The notes: generated by a model not told the origin, from the sequence alone. A DNA stretch of 64,000 bases from Candidatus Methylomirabilia bacterium (GCA_041478145.1 JBGOVO010000001.1:5702-69701); one strand, 5' to 3'. Shown: positions 9,368 to 21,858, numbered from the stretch's first letter. Program-made: numbers and translations.

Positions 9368-10368
9368 GCGCCCGGACCCGCGCGATTCGCGCCGTCGCCG
9401 GGGGGCTCTACCACAGCGGCCTGCTCCGGCCCCTCGCGGCGGCGGCCTCGCGGCTCCGGAGAGGCAACGCCTTCACCGTGTTGACGTTCCACCGGGTGAA
9501 CGACGAGGTGGATCCGTTCTTTCCGTCGCTCGCGACGGCGGTCTTCGCGGAGCGCATGCAGCACATCGCGCAGAACTACTCCGTCCTCGCCGTGGAGGAG
9601 CTCGTGGATCTCCAGCGGCAGGAGCGCGTGCCGCGGAACGCCCTCGCCGTGACCTTCGACGACGGCTACCGCGACACCCTCACGCATGCGGCGCCGATCC
9701 TGGCCCGTCACGGGCTAGCCGCGACGGTGTTCCTTGCCACCGGGTACATCTCGAGCCCGTCCATGCCGTGGTACGACCTCTTGGCCCTCGCGCTCAAGAC
9801 GACCCGGCGGGAGAGTATCGAGCTCGCGCCCGGGGAGCGGCTCGCGCTCGACTCGCCCACCCGGCGGCTGCAGGCGCTCGCGAGTGCCCTCCGTCACATG
9901 AAGCGGCTGCCGGACCCGGCGCGCCGGCGCGCCGTGGACCGCCTCGTGTCCGAGCTCGAACCATCCGGCTCGGAGCGCCAGAAGCGTCTCATGCTGAACT
10001 GGGATGAGGTGCACGCGCTGCGCGGCCTCGGCTTTTCGATCGGGGCTCACACTGTGAGCCACCCGATCCTGTCGCGGCTCGAGCCCGATGAGGCCTGGGC
10101 CGAGATCCACGGCGCCAAGCAGAGCATCGAGGAGAATCTCGGGACCCGGGTCAAGGCATTCGCGTATCCGAACGGGGGCGCGGACGACTATGACCAGGTC
10201 GCGCTCGGGCTCCTCGAGCGGGCGGGTTTCACCTGCGCTGTGACCACCCGCCGTGGACTCAACACGGCCCGGACGCCGCGCTTCGAGCTCCGCCGGGGCG
10301 GCCCCTGGGAGCAGCACTTGCCGACGTACGCGCTGAAGCTGGCCTGTTACCAGCTCAGTGGCATCTAG
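9364..10368 (+). CDS. polysaccharide deacetylase (NodB homology domain)
   Basis: Motifs VLTFHRVNDE, TFDDGYRD and HTVSHPIL. ATGA overlap with the upstream AsnB-like gene. Confidence 0.75.
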   Translation: MSARTRAIRAVAGGLYHSGLLRPLAAAASRLRRGNAFTVLTFHRVNDEVDPFFPSLATAVFAERMQHIAQNYSVLAVEELVDLQRQERVPRNALAVTFDDGYRDTLTHAAPILARHGLAATVFLATGYISSPSMPWYDLLALALKTTRRESIELAPGERLALDSPTRRLQALASALRHMKRLPDPARRRAVDRLVSELEPSGSERQKRLMLNWDEVHALRGLGFSIGAHTVSHPILSRLEPDEAWAEIHGAKQSIEENLGTRVKAFAYPNGGADDYDQVALGLLERAGFTCAVTTRRGLNTARTPRFELRRGGPWEQHLPTYALKLACYQLSGI

Positions 10369-10382
10369 AGAGGAGAGCGTCC

Positions 10383-12221
10383 ATGTGCGGCATCGTGGGC
10401 TACATCGGTGGGCGGGACGCGGTCGCGACCCTGCTCGATGGACTTCGGCGTCTCGAGTATCGTGGCTACGACTCCGCCGGGCTGGCGGTCCAGAGCGGTT
10501 CCCGCCTCGAGGTCCGGCGCACCGCCGGAAACGTGGATCAGCTCGAGCGGCTGCTCCAGGAGTCGCCGGTGGCCGGGACCACCGGCCTCGGCCACACGCG
10601 CTGGGCGACCCACGGGCGTCCCTCGGACGGCAACGCCCATCCCCACGCCGACTGCACCGGCGGGGTCGTGGTCGTCCATAACGGCATCCTCGAGAACTAC
10701 CTCGACCTCAAAACCCGGCTGGAGGCGGATGGCCACCACTTCCGGTCGGAGACCGACACCGAGGTCATGGCTCACCTAGTCGAGCACTTCCTGGCGGCGG
10801 GCGACGACCTGCACCGGGCGGTCAAGGCGGCGCTCCGGGAGGTCCGTGGCGCCTATGCCTTCTGCGTGCTCTCCGCGCGTGAGCCGGGGCGGATCGTGGC
10901 CGCGAAGCGCGGGGCGGGCGCGGTGGTCGTCGGAGTCGGCAAGGGCGAGGTCTTCATCGCCTCCGACATCCCGGCCGTGCTGCCCCACACGCGGAGCGTG
11001 ATCATCCTCGAGGACGATGAGCTGGCCGTCCTGAGCCGGAGCGGTGTCTCCCTCTTCCGCGCGGATGACACGCCGGTCGAGCGCACCCCTTCCATCATCG
11101 CCTGGGACGCCGCCATGGCCCAGAAGGGCGGGTTCGCCCACTTCATGCTGAAGGAGATCTACGAGCAACCCGACGCGGTGACCGCCACCTTCCGGTCGTG
11201 CGTGAGCCCCGACGGCGGCACCGTGACCCTACCGGAAGCCAACGTGACACCCGAGGTCGCCGGGCGGCTCCGCCGGGTGGTCCTCGTGTCGTGCGGGACG
11301 TCCTACCACGCCGCGCTCGTCGGCCGTCTGATGATCGAGCGGCTCGCCGGGCTGACCGCGGAGGTCGATCTCGCCTCCGAGTTCAGGTACCGGGATCCGG
11401 TCATCGGACCGGACACCCTGGTTGTGGCCATCTCGCAGTCCGGCGAGACCGCCGATACGCTCGGGGCGGCCAAGACGGCCCGCCTGCGCGGGGCCCCGGT
11501 GATTGCCATCACGAATGTCGTCGGCTCCGCATTGGCCCGCGAGGCGGGCGGGGTGATCTACACCCACGCCGGTCCGGAGATCGGCGTCGCGTCCAGCAAG
11601 ACCTTCACGGCCACCCTGACCGCCTCGTATTTGCTCGCGCTCGCTCTGGGGCTTGGCCGCGGCTTCCTGACCGCGCGCGATGGGCAGAAGCGTATCGAGG
11701 AGCTCCTGGAGGTCCCCGGACTGATGGCGCAGGCCCTCGCCGCGGAAGAGCCGGTGCGCGAGCTGGCGACACTGCTGGCCGGGCACCGGAATTTCCTCTA
11801 CCTGGGCCGTGGCGTCCATTACCCCATCGCGCTCGAGGGCGCGCTGAAGCTGAAGGAGATCTCCTACATCCACGCCGAAGGCTACGCCGCGGGCGAGATG
11901 AAGCACGGGCCCATCGCCCTGATCGACGAGAGCCTGCCGGTGGTGGCCCTGGTCCCCCGCGACGGTACCTATGAGCGGATGGTCGGGAACGTCGAGGAGG
12001 TCAAGGCCCGCGCGGGCCGCGTGATCGCGGTCTGTCACCGGGGCGATTCCGCGATCGCGAGTCGTGCGGACCACGTCCTGGAAGTACCACCGGCCGCGGA
12101 CCTCCTCGCTCCCATGGTCACGGTGATCCCGCTGCAGCTCCTCGCGTATCACATCGCCGTGCTCCGCGGGTGCCACGTGGACCGCCCGCGCAACCTCGCC
12201 AAGAGCGTGACCGTCGAGTAA
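10383..12221 (+). CDS. glmS: glutamine--fructose-6-phosphate aminotransferase (isomerising)
   Basis: MCGIVGYIGGRDAVATLLDGLRRLEYRGYDSAGLAV N-terminus, two SIS domains, and the C-terminal tail KSVTVE typical of GlmS. 612 aa. Confidence 0.9.
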   Translation: MCGIVGYIGGRDAVATLLDGLRRLEYRGYDSAGLAVQSGSRLEVRRTAGNVDQLERLLQESPVAGTTGLGHTRWATHGRPSDGNAHPHADCTGGVVVVHNGILENYLDLKTRLEADGHHFRSETDTEVMAHLVEHFLAAGDDLHRAVKAALREVRGAYAFCVLSAREPGRIVAAKRGAGAVVVGVGKGEVFIASDIPAVLPHTRSVIILEDDELAVLSRSGVSLFRADDTPVERTPSIIAWDAAMAQKGGFAHFMLKEIYEQPDAVTATFRSCVSPDGGTVTLPEANVTPEVAGRLRRVVLVSCGTSYHAALVGRLMIERLAGLTAEVDLASEFRYRDPVIGPDTLVVAISQSGETADTLGAAKTARLRGAPVIAITNVVGSALAREAGGVIYTHAGPEIGVASSKTFTATLTASYLLALALGLGRGFLTARDGQKRIEELLEVPGLMAQALAAEEPVRELATLLAGHRNFLYLGRGVHYPIALEGALKLKEISYIHAEGYAAGEMKHGPIALIDESLPVVALVPRDGTYERMVGNVEEVKARAGRVIAVCHRGDSAIASRADHVLEVPPAADLLAPMVTVIPLQLLAYHIAVLRGCHVDRPRNLAKSVTVE

Positions 12222-12226
12222 GCCCC

Positions 12227-13603
12227 ATGGGCCCGACGCGCGACCTCCTCCTGGTGGCGATCCTGATCCCCCTGGTCCCCATCAGCTTCCTCCGGCCCTG
12301 GATCGGGCTCCTCGCCTGGTTCTGGATCGCCTATTTCGTGCCGCACAGCTTCACGTGGGGGTTCGCCCGGAATCTCCCGCTCGCCATGATGGTGGGAGGC
12401 GCGGCGCTGGCCGGCTTCGTCTTCACCGAGGAGCGAGCGCCCCTGCCCCGCTCCGCCAACGTGCTGCTGCTCCTTGCCTTCTCCGTGCACGTCACCGCGA
12501 GCACGGTCTTGGCCTTCAATCCGGAGGAAGCGTGGGGCAAGTGGGACTGGGTGAGCAAGTCGCTCCTGATGACGTTCGTCACGATGTGCCTCTTCCAGGA
12601 CCGGCAGCGCCTCCACTGGCTGTACGTGGTGGTGGCGACCAGCTTCGGCCTCCACGGGCTCAAGGGGGGCCTCTGGGTGCTCCGCACGGGAGGCGGCAAC
12701 CGCGTCTACGGGCCGGAGCGCAGCTTCTTCGGCGACAACAACACGCTCGGCCTCGCGCTCTGCATGGCCCTCCCCATGCTCCTGTACCTCTCCCGCCAGG
12801 AGAGCCGGCTGTGGCTCAAGCGGGCCTATCGGGTAATGTTCGGCTTCTCGATCATCGCCATCCTGTTCACGTATTCGCGGGGCGCGTTCGTCGGGCTCGT
12901 GGTCGTCACCGGCATCCTGGTGTGGCGGTCACCATGGCGGATGCGCTTCGCGGTCGCCATCGTCATCGCGGCCTTCGTGACCGCGGCCGTAATACCCGAC
13001 CGGCTCAAGGAGCGGATCGGATCGATCAGCGACCAGGAGTCGAGCGAGACGCGGGACAGCTCGGTGGCCGGACGCTTCGACGCTTGGCAGACCGCCAGCC
13101 GCATCGCGTCCACCCATCCGGTCTTCGGGGCGGGCTTCCGGGCGCTCTGGAACGCGGACGTGTGGGAGACCTTCTACGGGAGCGACTACGTGGCCGCGCG
13201 CGACGCCCACAGCATCTACTTCGAGCTCCTGGCGGAGCAAGGCTTCGTGGGGCTCGGCCTCTACCTGACCTTGCTCGTGAGCACCCTCTTCGCCCTCGGC
13301 CACGTCCGGAGGCGGTGGCGAGGACATCCGGAGTACGGATACCTTTCCGGCTACGCTGAGATGAACCAGCTCTCGCTGTACCCGTTCATGGTCAGCGGAG
13401 CATTTCTCGGGGTCGCCTACTTCGACTTGTACTTCCTGCTCGTGGGCACGTCGGCCGTCCTCTGGGAGCTGTCGGCCAAGGCGGAGGCGGCGGTCAGCGC
13501 CGCGGCGACGGCAACGCCGTCGGCGGCGCTCGCGAAGGCCGGACCGCGGGGGCGGGCCCTGCGCCGGCCGATCCGGCCCGTGCCCAACGCCGGAGGTCGC
13601 TGA
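12227..13603 (+). CDS. O-antigen ligase / Wzy_C-domain membrane protein (exosortase A-associated O-glycosylation ligase-like; candidate polymerase)
   Basis: About 10 predicted TM helices. A central Wzy_C-like region (YSRGAFVGLVVVTGILVW) follows a periplasmic loop. The internal ATG at 12227 was chosen over the long upstream-extended ORF. Confidence 0.65.
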   Translation: MGPTRDLLLVAILIPLVPISFLRPWIGLLAWFWIAYFVPHSFTWGFARNLPLAMMVGGAALAGFVFTEERAPLPRSANVLLLLAFSVHVTASTVLAFNPEEAWGKWDWVSKSLLMTFVTMCLFQDRQRLHWLYVVVATSFGLHGLKGGLWVLRTGGGNRVYGPERSFFGDNNTLGLALCMALPMLLYLSRQESRLWLKRAYRVMFGFSIIAILFTYSRGAFVGLVVVTGILVWRSPWRMRFAVAIVIAAFVTAAVIPDRLKERIGSISDQESSETRDSSVAGRFDAWQTASRIASTHPVFGAGFRALWNADVWETFYGSDYVAARDAHSIYFELLAEQGFVGLGLYLTLLVSTLFALGHVRRRWRGHPEYGYLSGYAEMNQLSLYPFMVSGAFLGVAYFDLYFLLVGTSAVLWELSAKAEAAVSAAATATPSAALAKAGPRGRALRRPIRPVPNAGGR

Positions 13604-13604
13604 T

Positions 13605-15500
<1,896 letters not shown>

Positions 15501-15506
15501 TTCCCG

Positions 15507-16727
15507 ATGGACAGCGGGCGACCGGGCCGCATCTTGCACGTCCTCGACCATTCCCTGCCGATTACCAGCGGCTACAGCTACCGGAGCCGGAGCATCGTGA
15601 CCTGGCAGAAGCGGCTCGGCCTCGATCCGGCGGTGCTCACCTCGCCCAAGCACGGCAGCGATCGGAACCATTGCGAGATGCTCGACGGGATCGCCCACTA
15701 CCGGACGGGCCGGGCCGGGGGGCGCCTGCCGGTCGTCAGTGAGCTGCGCCTGATGGCCCGGCTGGCCCGCCGGATCATGCGGGTGGCCCGGGAGGTGCGC
15801 GCGGAGGTCATCCACGCGCACTCGCCGGTGCTGAATGGCCTTCCCGCCTTGTGGGCGGGCCGGCGGCTCGGCCTCCCCACCGTCTACGAGGTCCGGACGT
15901 TCTGGGAGGATGCCGCAGTGAGCCACGGGACCCACGGCGAGGGCTCAGTGCGCTACCGGCTGAGTCGGGCCATGGAGACATCCGTGCTCCGCCGGGTGGA
16001 CACGGTGGTCGCGATCGGCCGTGGCATCCAGGGCGAGGTGAGGGCCCGCGGTGTCGCCCCGGATCGGATCGTCATCGTGCCTAATGGCGTAGACGCCGAA
16101 TGGCTCGAGCCGCGCCCCAGGATCGAGGACCTCGCTCATCGCCTTGGGATCGGAGCCGGCCCGGTCTTCGGCTACGTCGGGTCCTTCAGCCACTACGAGG
16201 GCCTGCCATTCCTCATCGCGGCCATGTCCGATCTGGCGGCCCGCATCCCGGGCGTCAGGCTCGTCATCGCGGGGAGCGGCCGCGACGAACACGCGGTGCG
16301 TGAGGCCGCCTGGAAGGCGGGGCCGGCGGTCACCCTCCTGGGCCGCATCCCTCAGGAGCAGGTCCGGGATCTCTATACCCTGCTCGATGTCCTCGTCCTC
16401 CCGCGGCAGCGGATCCGGCTCACGGAACTGGTCACCCCGCTCAAACCGCTCGAGGCCATGGCGGCCGGGACGGCGGTTCTCGCCAGCGACATCGGGGGCC
16501 ATGCCGAGATGATCGTCGATGGGGACACCGGTCTCCTCTTCAAGGCGGAGAGCCGGGACTCCCTCGTCGAGCAGGCGACTCGACTCGCCGGCGACGCTCC
16601 CCTGCGGAGGCACCTTCGGGAGAACGCCCGCCGCTTCATCGAGAGCGAGCGCACCTGGGACCGTGTCGTCGCGCGTTACCTCCCGATCTACGCGGGCGCG
16701 GCTCGCCGCGCTGGGGGGACGGGTTGA
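15507..16727 (+). CDS. glycosyltransferase family 4 (PEP-CTERM/exosortase-associated sugar transferase-like)
   Basis: ILHVLDHSLPITSGYSYRSRS N-terminus and a GT-B fold. C-terminal E-x7-E region (EAMAAGTAVLASDIGG). Confidence 0.75.
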   Translation: MDSGRPGRILHVLDHSLPITSGYSYRSRSIVTWQKRLGLDPAVLTSPKHGSDRNHCEMLDGIAHYRTGRAGGRLPVVSELRLMARLARRIMRVAREVRAEVIHAHSPVLNGLPALWAGRRLGLPTVYEVRTFWEDAAVSHGTHGEGSVRYRLSRAMETSVLRRVDTVVAIGRGIQGEVRARGVAPDRIVIVPNGVDAEWLEPRPRIEDLAHRLGIGAGPVFGYVGSFSHYEGLPFLIAAMSDLAARIPGVRLVIAGSGRDEHAVREAAWKAGPAVTLLGRIPQEQVRDLYTLLDVLVLPRQRIRLTELVTPLKPLEAMAAGTAVLASDIGGHAEMIVDGDTGLLFKAESRDSLVEQATRLAGDAPLRRHLRENARRFIESERTWDRVVARYLPIYAGAARRAGGTG

Positions 16728-17959
16728 TGCGCGTCCTGGTCCTGAGCTCGGTCTATCCGAGCGCGACGATCCCGACGCGCGGGATCTTCGTCCACGAGCG
16801 GACGCGCCATCTCGTGCCGGCCTGCGAGATCGAGGTGGTGGCGCCCGTCTCCTGGTTCCCGTTCAACCGGCTGCTGCGCGGGCCCGAGCGCGCGCTCGTC
16901 CCGCCCGTCGAGGCTCGGGACGGGCTGACTGTCTTCCATCCCCGATTCGGGAGCTTTCCCCGTGTCGGTAAGAGCCTCGACGGTTTTCTCTACTTCGCCT
17001 CCGTGGTCCCGTTCCTGATTCGGCTGAGGCGTCGCTTCCGCTTTGACCTCATCGACGCGCACTTCGCCTATCCGGATGGCCTGGCCGGCGTTCTCCTCGG
17101 CCGCGTCTTCGGCGTTCCGGTCACCGTCACGCTTCGAGGCACGGAGGTGCGCCTGGCCCGCGCGTGCCTGCAGCGTCCGCAGCTCGCCATGGTCTTTCGC
17201 AAGGCGGACCGCATCATCGCGGTCAGCCAGTCTCTGGCCGACCTCGCCGCCGCCATGGGGGCGCCCCGGGAGCGGCTTCGCGTGATCCCGAACGGGATCG
17301 ACGGCGCGCGCTTCCGCCCGGGATCGAAGGTCGAAGCTCGGCGGCGCCTCGGTCTGGCCGGGGAGCGCCCGCTCATCGTTTCGATCGGAGGCCTGACCGA
17401 GCGCAAGGGGCACCACCGGGTTCTCGCCGCCCTCCCCGACCTGCTCCCGAAGTATCCTGATCTGCTCTTCGCCGCGGTGGGCGGCTCGAGCGTCGAGGGG
17501 GACACCGGCCCCCTTCTGCGTCGTCTCACCGCCGAGCTGGGCCTGGCGGAGCACGTCCTGTTGCCCGGGGCGACACCGCACGACCGGATCGCGACATGGC
17601 TGCAGGCGGCGGACCTCTTCTGCCTCGCCACCGGGAACGAGGGACGGCCCAACGCGGTCCTGGAGGCGCTCGCCTGCGGGCTCCCGGTGGTCACCACGGA
17701 CGTGGGCGGCAACCGTGAGATCGTGCAATCAGGTCGGGACGGCTTCCTGGTTCCTTTCGGGGAAGGGCCCGCGCTCTCCGACGCTATTCTGACCGCGCTC
17801 GCCGGCCAGTGGGATCGCGAGGCCATCAGCGCGCGGGCGCGCAGCCGGACCTGGGAGCAGACGGCCAGCCAGGTGGTCGCCGAGTTCGGCTCCGCGCTCC
17901 GCGAGGGCGCTCGCTCGACGCCCAGCCGGCTGGACGATCCAGCCCGGAGGCTGCCGTGA
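16724..17959 (+). CDS. glycosyltransferase family 4
   Basis: MMRVLVLSSVYPS... and a GT-B C-terminal motif (EALACGLPVVTTDVGGNREIV). ATG overlaps the upstream TGA. Confidence 0.75.
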   Translation: MMRVLVLSSVYPSATIPTRGIFVHERTRHLVPACEIEVVAPVSWFPFNRLLRGPERALVPPVEARDGLTVFHPRFGSFPRVGKSLDGFLYFASVVPFLIRLRRRFRFDLIDAHFAYPDGLAGVLLGRVFGVPVTVTLRGTEVRLARACLQRPQLAMVFRKADRIIAVSQSLADLAAAMGAPRERLRVIPNGIDGARFRPGSKVEARRRLGLAGERPLIVSIGGLTERKGHHRVLAALPDLLPKYPDLLFAAVGGSSVEGDTGPLLRRLTAELGLAEHVLLPGATPHDRIATWLQAADLFCLATGNEGRPNAVLEALACGLPVVTTDVGGNREIVQSGRDGFLVPFGEGPALSDAILTALAGQWDREAISARARSRTWEQTASQVVAEFGSALREGARSTPSRLDDPARRLP

Positions 17960-19341
17960 ACGACGCCCTGGTCCGGCACGTCCTCCTCCCGCTGCACGAG
18001 CGCCTCAAGCGCAAGCCCACCTTCCAGCGGCTGCACGAGCTCGAGCGCACGCAGTGGCTCTCGCCCGCGGAGCTAGCCGAGTACCGCGCCGCCCGCCTCC
18101 GCCGGCTGATCGGATTTGCCTACGACCACGTCCCGTACTTCCGTGCGCTGCTGGAGGAGCACGACCTCCCGCCGGCCCGTGTGCAGTCGTTCGCCGATCT
18201 CGAGCGGCTCCCCTTCCTGACCCGAGACGTGCTGCAGAGCCGCTTCGAGGACCTCCGCGCTCGCGCCGTCCTGCCTCGCGTCCACCGGCGCTCGTCCGGA
18301 GGCTCAACCGGCACTCCGGTCACCGTGCTGGTCGACATGAACCGGATGGGCATGGTGGAGGCGGGGCGCCTCCGCGCCCACGCCTGGTTCGGGATCCACC
18401 CGGGTGCGCGGGAGACCATCCTGTGGGGGACGCCGGCCCGGCTCTCCCGCGAGGAGCTCGTCCGCCGGATCCGGGACCGGTTCCTGAACTCGCGGCTCCT
18501 GTCGGCGTTCGACATGGGCGAGGAAGCCCTCCGCCGCCACGCCTCCGCGCTGTTTCGCTTCCGCCCCGCCAAGATCTACGGATACGCCAGCGCGGCCTAC
18601 CTGCTCGCCGCCCACTTCGAGCGCCATGGGCTCACACCCCCCCGCGGGCTCAAGGCCGTCTTCACCACCGCCGAGCCGCTCTTCGACTTCCAGCGGAAGA
18701 CCATCGAGGCGGGCCTCGGCTGCCCGGCGGCCGTGGAATACGGCTGCCGCGACGGCGGCCTGGTGGCCCTGGAGTGCCCGGAGGGCGGTCTCCACATCTT
18801 CGCCGAGAGCATGCACGTGGAGATCCTCGATCCCGACGCCGACGGGCGCGGGGAGATCGCGCTCACCAACCTCGATTCCCATGCCTTCCCGATCATCCGC
18901 TACCGCACCGGCGACATCGGGAGCCTGGATCCCACGCCCTGCCGCTGCGGGCGCACCCTTCCGAAGCTCCGCAGCGTGGAAGGACGCCGGACCGACTTTC
19001 TCGTCACCCCTGCCGGCAGGGTGCTCCATGCCCTCTCGGCAATCTACATCCTCCGGGACTCCCCGCTCGTGCACGAGTTCCGGATCGTCCAGGACGCGCT
19101 CGATCATCTCACCGTCCAGATCGTCCCGACCCGGCCGCTCGGCCGGGGCGACGAGGCCGCCCTGAAGGCGCAATTCGCGGTCGTCTTCGGCTCGGACCTC
19201 ACGGTGGACATGGTGCAGCTCGATCACATCCCTCGCACCGCGGCGGGGAAGTTCCGCTACGTCGAGTCGCGGATCGCCACGCCGATCCTCGAGCAGCTGA
19301 TGCAGCGTGGTGCCCAAGGAGCCTCCAAGAATGAGCACTGA
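17956..19341 (+). CDS. phenylacetate-CoA ligase / coenzyme F390 synthetase-family adenylating enzyme (CapK-like)
   Basis: PaaK-like N-terminal domain (LSPAELAEYRAARLRRLIGFAYDHVPYFRALLEE) and the adenylation core SSGGSTGTPVTVL. A GTG start overlaps the upstream stop. Confidence 0.65.
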   Translation: MNDALVRHVLLPLHERLKRKPTFQRLHELERTQWLSPAELAEYRAARLRRLIGFAYDHVPYFRALLEEHDLPPARVQSFADLERLPFLTRDVLQSRFEDLRARAVLPRVHRRSSGGSTGTPVTVLVDMNRMGMVEAGRLRAHAWFGIHPGARETILWGTPARLSREELVRRIRDRFLNSRLLSAFDMGEEALRRHASALFRFRPAKIYGYASAAYLLAAHFERHGLTPPRGLKAVFTTAEPLFDFQRKTIEAGLGCPAAVEYGCRDGGLVALECPEGGLHIFAESMHVEILDPDADGRGEIALTNLDSHAFPIIRYRTGDIGSLDPTPCRCGRTLPKLRSVEGRRTDFLVTPAGRVLHALSAIYILRDSPLVHEFRIVQDALDHLTVQIVPTRPLGRGDEAALKAQFAVVFGSDLTVDMVQLDHIPRTAAGKFRYVESRIATPILEQLMQRGAQGASKNEH

Positions 19342-20647
19342 GCCCAGAGTCTGTGTCGTCGGGACGGGCCACATCGGCCTCCCGCTGGCCGCCGTCCTCG
19401 CCGACGCCGGTTTCCAGGTCACGGGTTACGACACCAACGACGATCTCGTCACCCGCGTCAACACCACCGGCACCGTGGACTTCCGGGAGGAGGGGCTGGC
19501 GGACCTGCTGCGGCGCCACCTCCACGGGCGCCTCACGCTGACCTCGACGCCGGCGGCCGAACAGGACGTCTACATCATCACGGTTGGCACGCCGCTCGAG
19601 CGCGGAACCGACCGGCCGAACCTCCAGCTCATCCGGAATGCGGTGGAGCGGCTGGCGCCGAGCTTCGGTCCCGATCCTCTGGTCATCCTCCGCAGCACCG
19701 TGAGCATCGGGACGTCGCGGGGGATCGTGATGCCGGAGATCCGCCGGCGGACCGAGCGGTTCGGGCTGGCCTTCTGCCCGGAGCGGACGATCGAGGGCCG
19801 GGCCATTCCGGAGATGCGCTCCCTGCCCCAGATCATCGGCGGGCTCGACGAGCGGAGCGCCGACCGCGCGGCGGCTCTTTTCCGTCGGATCACCCCCCAC
19901 ATCGTCCGGGTGTCCTCCCTGGAGGCGGCGGAGATGATCAAGCTCATCAACAACACGTACCGGGACCTCACCTTCGCCTTCGCGAACGAGGTCGCGCTCA
20001 TCGGCGAGCGCCTCGGTCTCAGCGCCGGCGAGCTGATCCACGCCGCCAACGTCGACTATCCCCGGTCGAACGTCGCGCGGCCCGGCTTCGTGGGGGGCCC
20101 GTGCCTCGAGAAGGACGCCCTCATCCTCATCGACAGCCTCCACCAGATCGACTTCCGGCCGCGGGTCATCGAGGAGGCCCGGCGGCTCAATCAGGAGCTT
20201 CCGAACCATGTGGCGGCGCGGATCATCAGCCGCCTCGAGGAGATTCACGGCTCGACGGCCGGCCTCCGCGTGCTCGTCACCGGGTTCGCCTTCAAGGGGC
20301 GCCCCGCCACGGAGGACGTACGCGGCTCGGCCGCGGTGCCGCTCATGCGGCGCCTGCAGGCGGCGGGCATCGAGGTCTGGGGCCATGACTTCGTCACGCC
20401 GGAGAAGGTGATCGCCGATCTCGGAGCGCGGGCGTGCACGCTGGAGGAGGGCTTCACGGGGGCGGACGCCGTGATCGTCATGAATAACCATCCGGGATAT
20501 CTCGACGCGCGGCTCCCGGTCCTCGCGGGTCGCCTGAGGCGGCCGGCGGTGGTGTTCGACAGCTGGGGCCTCCTGAGCGCCGACGACTTCCGCGACGTAG
20601 CCGGACTGCACTACGGCGCCCTGGGGAGCCCATTCACGCAGTCATGA
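19331..20647 (+). CDS. nucleotide-sugar dehydrogenase (UDP-glucose/GDP-mannose dehydrogenase family; WecC-like UDP-ManNAc dehydrogenase candidate)
   Basis: VCVVGTGHIGLPLAAVLADAG Rossmann motif. Central GGPCLEKD catalytic-Cys region and a C-terminal UDP-binding domain. Confidence 0.8.
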   Translation: MSTEPRVCVVGTGHIGLPLAAVLADAGFQVTGYDTNDDLVTRVNTTGTVDFREEGLADLLRRHLHGRLTLTSTPAAEQDVYIITVGTPLERGTDRPNLQLIRNAVERLAPSFGPDPLVILRSTVSIGTSRGIVMPEIRRRTERFGLAFCPERTIEGRAIPEMRSLPQIIGGLDERSADRAAALFRRITPHIVRVSSLEAAEMIKLINNTYRDLTFAFANEVALIGERLGLSAGELIHAANVDYPRSNVARPGFVGGPCLEKDALILIDSLHQIDFRPRVIEEARRLNQELPNHVAARIISRLEEIHGSTAGLRVLVTGFAFKGRPATEDVRGSAAVPLMRRLQAAGIEVWGHDFVTPEKVIADLGARACTLEEGFTGADAVIVMNNHPGYLDARLPVLAGRLRRPAVVFDSWGLLSADDFRDVAGLHYGALGSPFTQS

Positions 20648-21858
20648 ACATCCTGTTCCTCTGTCACCGGCTGCCTTACCCGCCGAAGCGTGGGGGTAAG
20701 ATCAGACCGTTCAACATGATCCGGCACCTCTCGCGGAATCATCGCGTCACGGTGGCCACCCTGGCGCGGAGCGCGGAGGAGGTGGCCGAGGGGCGGCCTC
20801 TCGCGGAGCACTGCCACGAGCTCCACGTCGAGCGGATCACCCCGGTCGCCGGCTGGCTCCGGTTCGGGCTTCATACCGCGACCGCTTACCCCGCCACCTT
20901 CGGGTACTTCTACTCGCCGGCGCTCGCCCGCACCGTGAAGCAGGTGCTCGCGCGGGGTGACATCGACGCCGTCCTGGTCCACTGCTCCTCCATGGGCCCC
21001 TACGTTGCCGAGCATCGCGGCTGCCGCAAGATCATGGACTTCGGCGATGCGGATTCGGAGAAGTGGCTCGAGTACGGCCGCTCCGCGCCCTTCCCCATCT
21101 CGGTCGGCTTCCGGCTCGAAGGTGAAAAGGTGCGGCGCTTCGAGCGGCAGCTCGCCGAGCGCTTCGACGCCTGCTCCGTCACCGCTCCCCGCGAGCGCGA
21201 GGTCCTCGGCGCCCACGTGAAAGCCCCGATCCACGTGTTCCCCAACGGGGTGGACTCCGGATATTTCCGCTCCGTACGACGGCCGACGGAGCCCTATGCC
21301 CCGCACCGCCTGCTCTTCACCGGGAACATGTCCTACCGGCCCAACGTGGAGGCGGTGCAGCACCTGGTCGTGGATATCCTCCCGCGGATCTGGGAGCGGC
21401 GGCCGGAGGCGGAGCTCTACATCGTGGGAATGGATCCCGCTCCGGCGGTCCGCCGGTTGGCCGACGGCCGCCGCGTGGTCGTGACGGGGCGCGTGGACGA
21501 CGTCCGGCCGTACTTCGAGTCAGCGGCGGTCGCGGTGGCCCCGCTCCGAATCGCGCGCGGGCTGCAGAACAAGGTCCTCGAGGCGATGGCCATGCGGGTC
21601 CCGGTCGTCGCCAGTCCCCAGGCCTTCAACGGAATCAATGCCGTGGCGGACCGCGACCTGCTGGTCGCGGAGGGTCCGGAGGCGTTCGGCCGCGCGGTGG
21701 TGTCCCTGCTCGACGATCCCGTGCGCCGCGAACGCTACGCCGCCGCCGGTCGGGCGTGTGTCGAGGAGAATCACGACTGGGAGCGCATCCTCCACGACCT
21801 GGAGGCCCTCGTGGTGGACGGCCTGGAGCGGCCGACGGCGAGGATCGGCGCCGCGTGA
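20644..21858 (+). CDS. sugar transferase, PEP-CTERM/EpsH1 system-associated type (GT4)
   Basis: MNILFLCHRLPYPPKRGGKIRPFNMIRHL is the hallmark N-terminus of this exosortase-associated GT family. GT-B C-terminus EAMAMRVPVVASPQAF. Confidence 0.8.
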   Translation: MNILFLCHRLPYPPKRGGKIRPFNMIRHLSRNHRVTVATLARSAEEVAEGRPLAEHCHELHVERITPVAGWLRFGLHTATAYPATFGYFYSPALARTVKQVLARGDIDAVLVHCSSMGPYVAEHRGCRKIMDFGDADSEKWLEYGRSAPFPISVGFRLEGEKVRRFERQLAERFDACSVTAPREREVLGAHVKAPIHVFPNGVDSGYFRSVRRPTEPYAPHRLLFTGNMSYRPNVEAVQHLVVDILPRIWERRPEAELYIVGMDPAPAVRRLADGRRVVVTGRVDDVRPYFESAAVAVAPLRIARGLQNKVLEAMAMRVPVVASPQAFNGINAVADRDLLVAEGPEAFGRAVVSLLDDPVRRERYAAAGRACVEENHDWERILHDLEALVVDGLERPTARIGAA

